From Cellvibrionales bacterium (GTDB lineage Bacteria; Pseudomonadota; Gammaproteobacteria; Pseudomonadales; UBA7434), in the NCBI GenBank assembly GCA_042090785.1, contig JBELIP010000004.1, positions 54,045 to 118,044 of the forward strand: a stretch of DNA of 64,000 nt, in the 5' to 3' direction. Numbering within the stretch: the first letter of the stretch is position 1; the number at the start of each line of letters is the position of its first letter. Below are positions 11,563 to 22,952 of this stretch, piece after piece. The position numbers and the translations under genes were made by a program. The notes beneath the pieces are model-generated. The model searched no databases, was not told the origin of the DNA, and worked only from the letters and a program-made list of their open reading frames with translations.

Positions 11563-11622
11563 TTTGAACCTGCGACCACTACACCCCCAGTGTAGTGCGC
11601 TACCAGACTGCGCTACGTCCCG
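11546..11622 (-). tRNA. tRNA-Pro (anticodon GGG)
   Basis: The reverse complement CGGGACGTAGCGCAGTCTGGTAGCGCACTACACTGGGGGTGTAGTGGTCGCAGGTTCAAATCCTGTCGTCCCGACCA folds as a cloverleaf. It has a 7-bp acceptor stem, a GCGC D stem, a CTACA/TGTAG anticodon stem with loop CT-GGG-GG, a T arm and an encoded CCA. Confidence 0.92.
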
Positions 11623-11691
11623 TTATTCTTTCTATGCTTTGAAATGATTCGCTGCGAATAATACTTGGATAAATACGTCTTGCGAGGGGAT

Positions 11692-12048
11692 TTAAGCTCT
11701 TAGTACTTCTAGTACATCTTCAAGCTCACCAATCATTTGTCTTAATAATTGCTGTGATTGTGCACCGTCATCTTTAACTTTTTCGCCATTCATCTGTAAA
11801 CGCGCACCACCAATAGTATAACCTTGATCGTACAGTAAACTACGAATCTGACGAATCATAATCACGTCTTGACGTTGATAGTAACGACGGTTACCACGAC
11901 GCTTAACAGGTTTAAGCTGAGGGAATTCTTGCTCCCAATAGCGCAACACGTGCGGCTTAACCGCACATAAATCACTGACTTCACCAATAGTGAAATAGCG
12001 CTTTCCGGGTATTACCGGTAATTCTTCGTTATTGCTCGGTTCCAGCAT
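11692..12048 (-). CDS. MerR-family transcriptional regulator (conserved partner downstream of ihfA)
   Basis: 118 aa. The HTH region [28 protein letters not shown] is MerR-like. It overlaps the ihfA 3' end by 20 nt, and the arrangement matches pseudomonads. Confidence 0.8.
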   Translation of the reverse strand: MLEPSNNEELPVIPGKRYFTIGEVSDLCAVKPHVLRYWEQEFPQLKPVKRRGNRRYYQRQDVIMIRQIRSLLYDQGYTIGGARLQMNGEKVKDDGAQSQQLLRQMIGELEDVLEVLRA

Positions 12049-12328
12049 AAGTTTCTACTTGTTGTTTCAGTTTTTGTCCAGGTTTGAATGTTACCACGCG
12101 ACGCGCGGAAATGGGGATTTCTTCACCTGTTTTTGGGTTTCTACCCGGACGCTGTTTCTTGTCACGCAAATCAAAGTTACCAAAACCCGATAACTTTACA
12201 TTTTCATTCGATTCAAGCGCCGATCGAATCTCTTCAAAAAAGAGTTCAACTATTTCTTTTGCTTCACGCTTGTTCAATCCCAGCTCATCAAATAACTGTT
12301 CGGCCATTTCTGCCTTGGTGAGAGCCAT
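12029..12328 (-). CDS. ihfA: integration host factor alpha subunit
   Basis: 99 aa reading [25 protein letters not shown]...[41 protein letters not shown]. Confidence 0.95.
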   Translation of the reverse strand: MALTKAEMAEQLFDELGLNKREAKEIVELFFEEIRSALESNENVKLSGFGNFDLRDKKQRPGRNPKTGEEIPISARRVVTFKPGQKLKQQVETYAGTEQ

Positions 12329-12334
12329 AATGTG

Positions 12335-14758
12335 TCACCTCAAGGATGCTTTAAAACGTTGCTTTAACGACGCTACCACGCCATCAGTCAACGTGTTAAC
12401 TTCGTCCTCGTTTAACGTGCGCTTATCGTGCTGCCACGTTATGCCTAGACCAATACTCTGTTTGCCATCTTCAATGCCAGCGCCACTGTATTGGTCAAAT
12501 ACAATCAGTGAGACAAGATGCTCGGTTGCCGCTTCTCGTGCACACTCAACTATATCTCCTGCCGCCACACTGCCATCTACAACTACCGCTAAGTCTCGTC
12601 TAACTTCAGGAAACTTCGATAATTCTTTGAATTTTGGCACTTTTTTGACAGAAATCAAGTTTAATTCCATCTCAAAAACCCAAATCTCTTGCTCTATATC
12701 GAGCTTTTTGAGCAATTCTGGATGCAACAACCCAACATATCCCACTAAAACATCGCCTAAATAAACGCTGGCACTCTGCCCCGGATGTAAGGCTGTGACT
12801 GGGCTGGCGCCGGTATTGGCCACAAAACGGACGTCACTTTCAACCCCTACTACACCTCTTAAACTTAGTAAGGATTCAACATCAGATTTAATGTCATAAA
12901 AATCAAAGACATCGGTACTTTGTGACTTCTGAACATTCGTATCTCGGCCACTTAACCACGATTCGGGTGATCTTTGTCCAACTAACAAACCGGCAATCAA
13001 AGGCGTGTGGTTTAATTTTTGACCATTAGTGGTGAAACCTTGTCCAGTTTCAAATAGCTTTAAACGGGACTGCTGGCGGTTAAGGTTATAACGCGCAGCA
13101 CTCACTAAGCCGGGCAAAATACTGGTGCGCATCACGGCCATATCACTGGCAATAGGATTCAGTAATTCAACCGCTGCTGCGCTGGGGTTAAACATCTGCT
13201 GTAATTCAGGATCAATAAAGCTGTAGGTAATGGCTTCTCGGTAACCTTTAGCTAATAAATGACGGCAAAAATCTTGGCTCGATAATGCACTCTCCGATCG
13301 CTGATTAAAAACTAGCTTGGCAACCGGCGGCTCTACAGGTAACTGCTCATACCCATATATACGCGCTAACTCTTCTAATAAGTCGGCTTCAATTTCAATA
13401 TCAAAACGGTGCGATGGCACCGTAACTTGCCAACCATCTTCAAGGGCTACCGGCGTTAAATCTAAACGTGTCAAAATATCAAGCACTCGGTCGGCTGGAA
13501 TAGCAAAACCTAATACGCGTTTAATTTGTGATTCACGCAATAAAACGGTTTGCTCAGCATTAAGATGCTGCTCGGATTCAACTACGGTAACAGGCCCGGC
13601 TTGACCACCAACAATGTCTAACAGTAATGCCGTTGCTCGCTCAATAGCTCGCACTTGTAAATTAGAATCAACACCACGCTCAAAACGATGTGAGGCATCG
13701 GTATGCATACCAAGCTTACGTGCTTTACCCGCATGAATTTCTGGCACAAAAAACGCCGACTCTAAAAACACATGCTGTGTCTTTGTTGTCACAGCAGAAT
13801 TGTTACCACCCATAATACCTGCCAATGCCAACGCTTTGTTTTCGTCCGCTATCACTAGCATATCAGCATCAAGCTGCACTTCTTTTTCATCAAGTAAAGT
13901 AAGGCGTTCATCTTGCTGCGCTAAACGAACATCAATAGTGCCGTTAATGCTGTCTAGGTCAAAAGCATGTAATGGCTGACCTAATTCAATCATCACATAG
14001 TTAGTGACATCAACAATAGGATCAATTGAGCGCACATCTGCACGACGTAATTTTTCTCGCATCCATAATGGCGTTGCTACAGTTAAGTCAACATCGCGAA
14101 TAATACGGCCGGCATAACGTGGACAATACTCTCCTGCCGATAAGGCTATCGATAAACTATCGTCAATGCTCGCAGAAACAGTATCAATAACTGGCGCAAC
14201 AACATCGGTAACGGTTAACACGCCAGTCTCACGCGCCACACCATTCATCGATAAACAATCGCCGCGGTTAGGTGTTAAATCAACTTCAATAACGGCATCA
14301 TCAAGGTTTAAATAATCACGTATATCCTGCCCAACAACTGCATCGTTAGGTAATGCTAGCAAACCATCAACTGCATCCTCCAAACCAATTTCAGAGGCTC
14401 CACACAGCATGCCAAAAGATTCTACACCTCTTAGTTTGGCTTTTTTAATTATTAAGCCACCAGGCAGCTCTGCACCTACTTGAGCAAAAGGAATTTTTAA
14501 CCCGACGGCAGCATTACTTGCACCGCATACAATTTGGCTTTCTGTTTCGCCATTAGACACTTTACAGACACGCAATTTCTCGGCATCGGGGTGTGCTTCT
14601 ATTGCAACAATCTCGCCCACTACCACGCCAGTAAATGCAGGTGCTGCAGGCTCAACGCCATCAACCTCTAAACCTGCCATTGTTAGCAGATGCACTAACT
14701 CTTTTGTTTTTACACTGGGGCTTACCCATTCACGCAACCAACTTTCACTGACTTTCAT
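12335..14758 (-). CDS. pheT: phenylalanyl-tRNA synthetase beta subunit
   Basis: 807 aa starting MKVSESWLREWV..., with B3/4, B5 and FDX-ACB-like regions. Located downstream of pheS. Confidence 0.95.
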   Translation of the reverse strand: MKVSESWLREWVSPSVKTKELVHLLTMAGLEVDGVEPAAPAFTGVVVGEIVAIEAHPDAEKLRVCKVSNGETESQIVCGASNAAVGLKIPFAQVGAELPGGLIIKKAKLRGVESFGMLCGASEIGLEDAVDGLLALPNDAVVGQDIRDYLNLDDAVIEVDLTPNRGDCLSMNGVARETGVLTVTDVVAPVIDTVSASIDDSLSIALSAGEYCPRYAGRIIRDVDLTVATPLWMREKLRRADVRSIDPIVDVTNYVMIELGQPLHAFDLDSINGTIDVRLAQQDERLTLLDEKEVQLDADMLVIADENKALALAGIMGGNNSAVTTKTQHVFLESAFFVPEIHAGKARKLGMHTDASHRFERGVDSNLQVRAIERATALLLDIVGGQAGPVTVVESEQHLNAEQTVLLRESQIKRVLGFAIPADRVLDILTRLDLTPVALEDGWQVTVPSHRFDIEIEADLLEELARIYGYEQLPVEPPVAKLVFNQRSESALSSQDFCRHLLAKGYREAITYSFIDPELQQMFNPSAAAVELLNPIASDMAVMRTSILPGLVSAARYNLNRQQSRLKLFETGQGFTTNGQKLNHTPLIAGLLVGQRSPESWLSGRDTNVQKSQSTDVFDFYDIKSDVESLLSLRGVVGVESDVRFVANTGASPVTALHPGQSASVYLGDVLVGYVGLLHPELLKKLDIEQEIWVFEMELNLISVKKVPKFKELSKFPEVRRDLAVVVDGSVAAGDIVECAREAATEHLVSLIVFDQYSGAGIEDGKQSIGLGITWQHDKRTLNEDEVNTLTDGVVASLKQRFKASLR

Positions 14759-14819
14759 TTTATAACCTTGTATTCATTAAGCTCGAATTTATTCAATTAA
14801 TAATGGGCTTTTTAATCAG

Positions 14820-15941
<1,122 letters not shown>

Positions 15942-15955
15942 CTATTTTTTATACG

Positions 15956-15991
15956 AAAAAGGGGAAAGAGCATATGCCCTTTCCCCTTTTT
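15956..15991. terminator. hairpin with flanking A and T runs between rplT and pheS (rplT terminator, possibly a pheST attenuator)
   Basis: The stem GGGGAAAG (15961..15968) pairs with CTTTCCCC (15979..15986) and has an inner GC/GC pair. AAAAA lies on one side and TTTTT on the other. Confidence 0.7.
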
Positions 15992-16048
15992 ACGTCGATC
16001 AAGATCGGAAAACCGATAACACCCAAAATAACATTGGGCATTTAAAGC

Positions 16049-16405
16049 CTACGCTAGTGCAGACTTTGCCATCTCGACGATTTTGCTAAACGCAGCTTTA
16101 TCATGAACAGCTAAATCAGCTAATACACGACGATCAAGCAATACATCAGCTTTTTTCAAGCCTGCAATTAAACGGCTATAATTTAAACCATTTGCGCGCG
16201 AGGCTGCGTTAATACGGGTAATCCAAAGCGCTCTAAATTGACGCTTACGCTGACGACGATCGCGATACGCATATTGCGCTGCTTTCGTTACCGCCTGCTT
16301 AGCGACACGGAATACACGCGAACGCGCACCGTAGTAACCTTTGGCTTGTTTAAGAATCTTTTTGTGGCGACGACGTGCAACCACTCCACGTTTTACTCGA
16401 GGCAT
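16049..16405 (-). CDS. rplT: 50S ribosomal protein L20
   Basis: 118 aa reading [39 protein letters not shown]... Confidence 0.97.
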   Translation of the reverse strand: MPRVKRGVVARRRHKKILKQAKGYYGARSRVFRVAKQAVTKAAQYAYRDRRQRKRQFRALWITRINAASRANGLNYSRLIAGLKKADVLLDRRVLADLAVHDKAAFSKIVEMAKSALA

Positions 16406-16444
16406 TTTCTTCTCCTAAAAATTTCGGCGTTATATATGGGTGAG

Positions 16445-16639
16445 TTAGTTAGCGCGCATCATCTTATCGATTAACGGCTTATCTGCCGCATCAATAATTG
16501 ATGTGCCACGTAACTGACGCTTACGCTTAGTGGTCATTTTAGTAAGAATATGGCTTTTATTAGCGCTTTTACGCTTATAGCCAGCTCCGGTTTTTTTAAA
16601 GCGCTTGGCAGCGCCACTGTGTACTTTTGCTTTTGGCAT
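16445..16639 (-). CDS. rpmI: 50S ribosomal protein L35
   Basis: The track ORF extends to 16666, but the canonical L35 N-terminus [18 protein letters not shown] starts at ATG 16639. Confidence 0.93.
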   Translation of the reverse strand: MPKAKVHSGAAKRFKKTGAGYKRKSANKSHILTKMTTKRKRQLRGTSIIDAADKPLIDKMMRAN

Positions 16640-16738
16640 TTTAAAACTCGCATTGTTAATTGTCATTAAAGGCGGCCCAATGAGCTCTCACCATAGTTAG
16701 TCAAATAGCTTTTTGATGTGCCGGTTAAGGCGCTAAAA

Positions 16739-17266
16739 CTATTTGTTTCTTTTAGGGGCAATGACCATCGTCATTTGTCGGCCTTCCATCTTTGGAAATT
16801 GTTCAACCGCACCAAGTTCTGCAAGGTCAGCTTCGACCCGTTTGAGTAGCTCCATCCCGAGCTCTTGGTGTGCCATTTCTCGACCGCGAAAACGCAGCGT
16901 TACTTTGGCTTTATCCCCTGCTTCGAGGAAACGTGTCAGGTTGCGTAGTTTGACCTGATAGTCTCCATCTTCCGTCCCAGGACGAAATTTCATTTCCTTA
17001 ATTTGCGTTTGTTTTTGCTTCTTCTTTGAAGCCGCACGTTTCTTTTTAATATCAAACAAATGTTTACCGTAGTCCATGACTTTGCATACTACGGGTGTAC
17101 TATCGCCAGCAATTTGCACTAAGTCTAATGACGCTTCTTGCGCAATAGCCAGTGCTTCTGAAGTAGGAACAACGCCTACTTGCTCTCCATCGGCCCCAAT
17201 TAATAGGACTTCGGATGCTTCAACAGCTTCATTAATGATTGCACGCTTACTGTCTTTTCCTTTCAC
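16739..17266 (-). CDS. infC: translation initiation factor IF-3
   Basis: 175 aa with VCKVMDYGK and [15 protein letters not shown] motifs. The start codon at 17266..17264 is GTG, and an in-frame TAA lies two codons upstream (17275..17273). Confidence 0.93.
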   Translation of the reverse strand: MKGKDSKRAIINEAVEASEVLLIGADGEQVGVVPTSEALAIAQEASLDLVQIAGDSTPVVCKVMDYGKHLFDIKKKRAASKKKQKQTQIKEMKFRPGTEDGDYQVKLRNLTRFLEAGDKAKVTLRFRGREMAHQELGMELLKRVEADLAELGAVEQFPKMEGRQMTMVIAPKRNK

Positions 17267-17380
17267 GCGACGTTACCACCAATTTGTATTTGCTTAATAA
17301 TTAATTCTCCGCTAATTAAAATTCACTTTAATCAATTTAATCTTTTTAATAACAATAGCTTAGATGAAAATCAGCTTAAG

Positions 17381-19306
17381 TTATTCGCTTATCTGTGTGC
17401 GCCCGCGTTGGGCAATGCCAGCGCTAAGAAGTTCGGCAAACGCCTCTACAGACATACTGCCTAGGTCTTCACCGGCTAAGGTTCTAACCGCAACCGAACC
17501 CGATTCAACTTCTTTATCACCAACCACTAAAAGATAAGGTGTCTTGCTTAAAGTGTGGGCGCGAATTTTAAAGCCGATCTTTTCATTTCTCAAGTCTGTT
17601 TCGACCCGAAAACCTTGTTTTGTTAGGGTTTCTTGCACATTAGTGGCAAATTCGGCCTGATTATCCGTAATATTCATAATTACCGCTTGCACTGGCGACA
17701 ACCAAACGGGGAATTTACCTTCGTATTGCTCAATCAACATGCCGATAAATCGTTCAAATGAACCCAAAATAGCCCGATGCAACATAACCGGCACTTGGCG
17801 ACTGCCATCTTCGGCCACATATTGGGCATCTAAGCGGCCCGGCATTGAGAAATCGACCTGAATCGTGCCGCACTGCCAAACACGGCCAATGCAATCTCGT
17901 AGCGAAAATTCGATTTTAGGACCATAAAAAGCCCCTTCGCCTGGCAGTAAATCCCAAGCCAAACCTTTATTGTCTAATGCCAACTGCAGTGCTTCTTCAG
18001 CTTTATCCCAAACCGCATCATCACCTACGCGCTGCTCAGGTCGCGTCGATAACTTTACTAACACATCGTCAAAGCCAAAATCTTTGTACACGTCATAAAG
18101 TAAATCAATAAAAATTGACACTTCTTCTTGAATGGCATCTTCAGCACAGAAGATATGCGCATCATCTTGTACAAAGCCTCTAACCCGCATTAAGCCCTGC
18201 AAGGTACCCGAAGCTTCATTACGATGGCAGCAACCAAACTCCGCTAAGCGAAGCGGTAAATCGCGGTAGCTTTTTAACCCCTGATTAAACACCTGCACAT
18301 GACAAGGGCAGTTCATCGGCTTCACGGCATAGTCACGCGATTCCGATTCAATAGTAAACATATTGTCGGCAAACTTATCCCAGTGGCCCGACTTTTCCCA
18401 CAAGGAACGATCGACCACTTGTGGGGTTTTAATTTCTTCGTAGCCGTTAAGGTTTTGTACTTCACGCATGTACTGCTCAATCACCTGATACAGCGCCCAA
18501 CCTCGCGAATGCCAAAACACCATACCCGGCGCTTCTTCTTGCAAATGGAACAAATCTAATTTTTTACCAATCTTTCTATGGTCGCGTTTTTCGGCTTCTT
18601 CCATTCTATGGACATAGGCTTTTAGGCCTTTTTTGTCGGCCCATGCTGTACCATAAACACGCTGTAACATTTCGTTATTCGCATCGCCACGCCAATAAGC
18701 ACCCGCCAACTTAGTGAGCTTAAAATGCTTTAAAAACCGAGTGTTCGGTACATGTGGGCCACGACACATGTCTAAATAATCTTGATGATAATAAAGACCC
18801 ATAGCTGTTTCGTTAGGCATGTCATCAATTAACCGCAGCTTGTACTCTTCGCCACGATTGGTAAATTCGCTAATCACTTCGTCACGCGGCGTCATCTTTT
18901 TAACGACATCGTAATCTTGCGCAATTAATTCCTTCATACGCACTTCAATCTTATCAATGTCTTCGGGCGTAAACGGTTTTTCAGTGGCGATATCGTAATA
19001 AAAACCCTCGTCAATAACAGGGCCAATAACCATACGGGCATCGGGAAATAACTGTTTAACCGCATGACCAATTAAATGCGCACATGAATGGCGAATAATC
19101 TCAACGCCCTCATCATCTTTAGCCGTGATAATACGCAGTGTTGCGTCAGATTCTATTAACTCACAAGCATCTTTTAACTGGCCATCCACTTCGCCAGCAA
19201 TGGTTGCCTTAGCGAGGCCAGGACCAATATCTGCGGCAACTTGCATAATAGAAACGGCATTGTCGAAAGCACGCTGGCTTCCGTCAGGAAGGGTAATAAC
19301 AGGCAT
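17381..19306 (-). CDS. thrS: threonyl-tRNA synthetase
   Basis: 641 aa starting [14 protein letters not shown] (TGS domain), with a class II core and an anticodon-binding domain. The thrS-infC-rpmI-rplT-pheST-ihfA order is conserved. Confidence 0.96.
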   Translation of the reverse strand: MPVITLPDGSQRAFDNAVSIMQVAADIGPGLAKATIAGEVDGQLKDACELIESDATLRIITAKDDEGVEIIRHSCAHLIGHAVKQLFPDARMVIGPVIDEGFYYDIATEKPFTPEDIDKIEVRMKELIAQDYDVVKKMTPRDEVISEFTNRGEEYKLRLIDDMPNETAMGLYYHQDYLDMCRGPHVPNTRFLKHFKLTKLAGAYWRGDANNEMLQRVYGTAWADKKGLKAYVHRMEEAEKRDHRKIGKKLDLFHLQEEAPGMVFWHSRGWALYQVIEQYMREVQNLNGYEEIKTPQVVDRSLWEKSGHWDKFADNMFTIESESRDYAVKPMNCPCHVQVFNQGLKSYRDLPLRLAEFGCCHRNEASGTLQGLMRVRGFVQDDAHIFCAEDAIQEEVSIFIDLLYDVYKDFGFDDVLVKLSTRPEQRVGDDAVWDKAEEALQLALDNKGLAWDLLPGEGAFYGPKIEFSLRDCIGRVWQCGTIQVDFSMPGRLDAQYVAEDGSRQVPVMLHRAILGSFERFIGMLIEQYEGKFPVWLSPVQAVIMNITDNQAEFATNVQETLTKQGFRVETDLRNEKIGFKIRAHTLSKTPYLLVVGDKEVESGSVAVRTLAGEDLGSMSVEAFAELLSAGIAQRGRTQISE

Positions 19307-19368
19307 AATTGTTTCCTTTCTCAGTGGTGACCGCTACTAATGGCCACTTGCTATTTAACATTGATAAT

Positions 19369-19391
19369 AAAAATGCGGACGAAACGCCCGC
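19369..19391 (-). terminator. rho-independent terminator after grxD
   Basis: The minus strand reads GCGGGCG-TTT-CGTCCGC followed by ATTTTT. The stem has a G-U pair on the minus strand only, so the hairpin is strand-specific. Confidence 0.6.
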
Positions 19392-19463
19392 AATGTAAAC
19401 TGAAATAGAGCTTAGCATTAAATTCTATTATTGCAGCACTGTAAGAGCAGCATAAATTTATTG

Positions 19464-19796
19464 TTAGCTTTCAGGCGCCTCATCAGGAACGGCTTGATCG
19501 ACCATTGGCTTTAACTCACCTTTATCGAACATATCAGTAACGATATCGCAGCCGCCAATTAACTCGCCGTTAATCCACAACTGAGGAAATGTTGGCCAAT
19601 TGGCATACTTTGGCAAATTCGCGCGAATATCGGGGTTAGCTAAAATATCGACGAAAGCAAAGCGTTTGCCACAGCTCATTAAAGCTTCGATAGTACGCGC
19701 TGAAAAACCACACTGTGGCTGATCGGGTGAACCCTTCATATAAATAATAACGGGGTTGCTTTCAATTTGGTCTTTTATAGTGTCCATGATATCCAT
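19464..19796 (-). CDS. grxD: monothiol glutaredoxin (Grx4 family)
   Basis: 110 aa with the CGFS active site (PQCGFSARTIEAL) and WPTFPQLWINGELIGGCDI. Confidence 0.93.
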   Translation of the reverse strand: MDIMDTIKDQIESNPVIIYMKGSPDQPQCGFSARTIEALMSCGKRFAFVDILANPDIRANLPKYANWPTFPQLWINGELIGGCDIVTDMFDKGELKPMVDQAVPDEAPES

Positions 19797-20038
19797 GGTT
19801 AATCATGTTTCCTCTGCTAATGCTTCTTTAATATCTGCGCCAACATACATGCCAGCACACATTCTGCACTGAGGTATCGCCATTAAGGCGCTTATCAAGT
19901 GCTATTGAATTCCTATTATAACGATCTGCGTTTCAATTGGCTATGCTATCAACGACTCTACAGCCTCCATATCAAGCCTCAGTGACATATTGCCTATTTA
20001 CTCACGAACCCTTGATACGCTAGTATTTCTTCCTGCAT

Positions 20039-20060
20039 AGGCAGCTTTCGCTGCCTTTTT
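20039..20060 (+). terminator. orphan intrinsic terminator-like hairpin in the grxD-argD intergenic region
   Basis: AGGCAGC-TTTC-GCTGCCT followed by TTTT on the plus strand. It lies about 180 nt upstream of the argD start, with no ORF of 60 aa or more upstream of it on this strand. Confidence 0.55.
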
Positions 20061-20239
20061 GCTTTATGGCGAATGCTCCAGCATCTTGTTAGCCAATCAG
20101 TCGACAATTCATCGCCGATTGATAAGCATCATGAGTAGCCATTAATTGCAGACTATCGTTTTTTAAACTCGACTACCACAACCTATTTTACAACAAGTCA
20201 GCCACCGACTTGATAATCGCTATTGAAGCCAGACTGACA

Positions 20240-21421
20240 ATGAAAACACATGTAATGAACACCTACCAACGACTCCCCGTGACCTTTAGTCATGGTGAAG
20301 GTGTATGGCTATTTGATATCAATGGCAAACGTTACCTCGATGCCTTATGCGGCATTAGCGTCACCAATTTGGGGCATGCCCATCCTGCCGTCAGCTCAGC
20401 CATTAAAACGCAGGCTGATTTACTGTTGCACACCTCTAACCTTTATCATATTACGCCGCAGCAGCAACTCGCTGACAAACTTTGCAGCATCGCCGCTATG
20501 GATAAGGTGTTTTTTAGTAATTCAGGCGCCGAAGCCAACGAGGCCGCCATTAAGCTAGCGCGTTTACACGCATCACACAAAGGCAATAGCCACCCTATTA
20601 TTATTACTATGACGGGTAGCTTTCATGGCCGAACATTAGCCACCATTACCGCAACGGCTAGCCAAAAAATGAAAACCGGTTTTGGCCCATTGCCCGCCGG
20701 CTTTATCTATGGCGAATACAATAATATTGAATCAGCCAAACAATTATTTGCCGAGCATGGCGACAATATAGCTGCCGTATTTGTAGAGCCCGTTCAAGGC
20801 GAAGGCGGCATAAATGTTGGCGAAGCCGATTATTTATTACAAGTTCAACAGCTTTGTCACAACCACCAAGCACTCTTTATGCTAGATGAAGTTCAGTCTG
20901 GCAATGGTCGCTGCGGGCATTACTTTGCATTTCAAGGACTTGGGCTTTCGCCCGATGTTGTCACCACCGCTAAAGGCTTAGGTAACGGCGTACCGATTGG
21001 CGCCTGTATCGCCAAAGGCGCAGCAGCAGAAACTTTATCGCCCGGCACTCATGGCTCGACATTTGGCGGCAACCCACTCGCCACCTCTGCCGCGCTAGCG
21101 GTTATTAAAATCATAGAAGACGAACAGCTCTGCAAGCGCGCTACCGCACTTGGCAACGCTATAAAATCCGGCTTCGAAAAAACTTTAGCAGATAATCCCG
21201 CTGTTATTGACATTCGCGGCTGCGGCTTAATGATTGGTATAGAGCTAGACCGCCCTTGCGGACAGTTAGTGGCCGACGCCCTGGCTGCAGGCTTACTCAT
21301 TAATGTGACGGCTGGCTCAACCATTCGATTACTACCGCCATTAATTATGAGCGACGAAAACGCCCATGAAATTGTTGATACTGTAACAACGTTAATTCAT
21401 CAATTTATTGCCAAGTCATAA
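20240..21421 (+). CDS. argD: acetylornithine aminotransferase (class III PLP aminotransferase)
   Basis: The ORF opens at TTG 20210. ATG 20240 or ATG 20255 (MNTYQRLPVTFSHGEGVWLFD) is the more likely start. Carries SNSGAEANEAAIKLAR and LDEVQSGNGRCG motifs and is adjacent to argF. Confidence 0.88.
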   Translation: MKTHVMNTYQRLPVTFSHGEGVWLFDINGKRYLDALCGISVTNLGHAHPAVSSAIKTQADLLLHTSNLYHITPQQQLADKLCSIAAMDKVFFSNSGAEANEAAIKLARLHASHKGNSHPIIITMTGSFHGRTLATITATASQKMKTGFGPLPAGFIYGEYNNIESAKQLFAEHGDNIAAVFVEPVQGEGGINVGEADYLLQVQQLCHNHQALFMLDEVQSGNGRCGHYFAFQGLGLSPDVVTTAKGLGNGVPIGACIAKGAAAETLSPGTHGSTFGGNPLATSAALAVIKIIEDEQLCKRATALGNAIKSGFEKTLADNPAVIDIRGCGLMIGIELDRPCGQLVADALAAGLLINVTAGSTIRLLPPLIMSDENAHEIVDTVTTLIHQFIAKS

Positions 21422-21471
21422 ACACATAACGCTTTACCTTTTACGACCTTAAAAAGGGCAACGAGAGAACC

Positions 21472-22365
21472 ATGGCTACCAGACACTTTTTATCTTTACT
21501 CGATCTAACTCCAGATGAGCTCCACGGTGTCATTAATCGTGCGATTGAATTAAAAAAAGCACCCGTCAGCAATATATTTGCTGGCAAAGTGTTAGCCATG
21601 ATTTTTGAAAAATCATCAACACGCACGCGCATCTCGTTTGAAGCCGGCATGGCACAACTGGGTGGTAGTGCAATATTTTTATCGCCAAGAGATACGCAGC
21701 TAGGCCGCGGTGAACCGATTGAAGATAGCGCACGTGTTATTTCATCAATGGTTGATATTGTGATGGTCAGAACGTTTGCCCACCAGCAAATTGAAACCTT
21801 TGCTGCCAACTCTAGCGTGCCAGTCATTAACGCACTCACTGACGACCTTCACCCTTGTCAGTTATTAGCCGACATACAAACTTATATTGAAAAACGCGGC
21901 AGCATTCAAGGCAAAACCGTGGCGTGGATTGGTGATGGCAATAACATGTGCCACTCTTATATTAATGCTGCGCGACAATTTGACTTTACATTACGCATTG
22001 CTTGCCCAGCAGGCTTTGAACCTAATAGTGACTTAGTAGCCACCAACAGTGATCGTGTAACCGTTATGCAAGACTCTCAAGCAGCAGTAAACAATGCTGA
22101 CCTTGTAGTCACTGACGTATGGGCCTCAATGGGCCAAGAAGATGAGCAAGATGATCGCCTAGAAGTGTTTGCACCTTACCAGGTTAATCATGCATTAATG
22201 AAAAGCGCCGCCAGCGATGCACTCTTTATGCATTGTCTGCCTGCGCATCGTGGCGAAGAAGTGAGTGCGGAATTATTAGAAGACCCTCAATACAGTGTTG
22301 TTTGGGATGAGGCAGAGAATCGCCTTCATGCTCAGAAGGCATTGATGGAGTTTTTGCTCGCCTAA
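21472..22365 (+). CDS. argF: ornithine carbamoyltransferase
   Basis: 297 aa with [21 protein letters not shown] and [10 protein letters not shown] motifs. Confidence 0.93.
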   Translation: MATRHFLSLLDLTPDELHGVINRAIELKKAPVSNIFAGKVLAMIFEKSSTRTRISFEAGMAQLGGSAIFLSPRDTQLGRGEPIEDSARVISSMVDIVMVRTFAHQQIETFAANSSVPVINALTDDLHPCQLLADIQTYIEKRGSIQGKTVAWIGDGNNMCHSYINAARQFDFTLRIACPAGFEPNSDLVATNSDRVTVMQDSQAAVNNADLVVTDVWASMGQEDEQDDRLEVFAPYQVNHALMKSAASDALFMHCLPAHRGEEVSAELLEDPQYSVVWDEAENRLHAQKALMEFLLA

Positions 22366-22421
22366 ATCAGACGATTAAACGCAGTAAATTATTAATACTG
22401 ATAAAAAAAGGAAAATCACCT

Positions 22422-22793
22422 ATGAAAAATAGTATAAAAATTTTAATGCTAGCAATAGTCTTAACCGGCTGCGCATCACAAGAAACACCTAGAGATGTAT
22501 CGACGGTTTCATCGGATAAAATTAAAACCTTACTGCCACCTAAAGTCACCAAAGCTGACGAAAAAGGGTTAAGCATTCGTTATGCACAAGTATCTATGGG
22601 TTTTGATGCGACGTGTAATCCGTTTAAATCGTTTAGCGACAAGCTCAATGATTGTAACGAGTTGCCCGAAAACGTCAAAACCTTAGCCGTTGATCATTGC
22701 GACCAATTCGGTAAAAAAGCGGTTTTTATGGGTAACAAGACGACTATGCTGCAAATGACACTTTCGACGTTTACTTGCCAAGATAAAGACTGA
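22422..22793 (+). CDS. hypothetical lipoprotein
   Basis: Has a lipobox signal (MKNSIKILMLAIVLTGC). Cysteine-containing, 123 aa, with no recognisable domain. Confidence 0.55.
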   Translation: MKNSIKILMLAIVLTGCASQETPRDVSTVSSDKIKTLLPPKVTKADEKGLSIRYAQVSMGFDATCNPFKSFSDKLNDCNELPENVKTLAVDHCDQFGKKAVFMGNKTTMLQMTLSTFTCQDKD

Positions 22794-22820
22794 TTTAACT
22801 AAAGTGCTTTTACAACAACT

Positions 22821-22855
22821 AAAAAAACCTTGTGAGTAGTTGCAAGGTTTTTTTT
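22821..22855. terminator. bidirectional terminator between the convergent lipoprotein and esterase genes
   Basis: AAAAAAACCTTG ... CAAGGTTTTTTTT, an inverted repeat with A and T tracts. Confidence 0.7.
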
Positions 22856-22952
22856 GGCTTGGGTAAATGCATAGTCACAATCACTTAAATGTGATTTTGA
22901 TCATAAATTTCAAGCGGATTCTTCGGAATTACCCAGACAATAAGCGAGCAAC

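Noticed and set aside
19906-19919. An ARG-box-like TGAATTCCTATTAT upstream of argD.
   Set aside because: Only one half-site matches the TGAAT-N4-ATTCA consensus. It lies more than 300 nt from the argD start, and the type of ArgR regulator in this organism is unknown.
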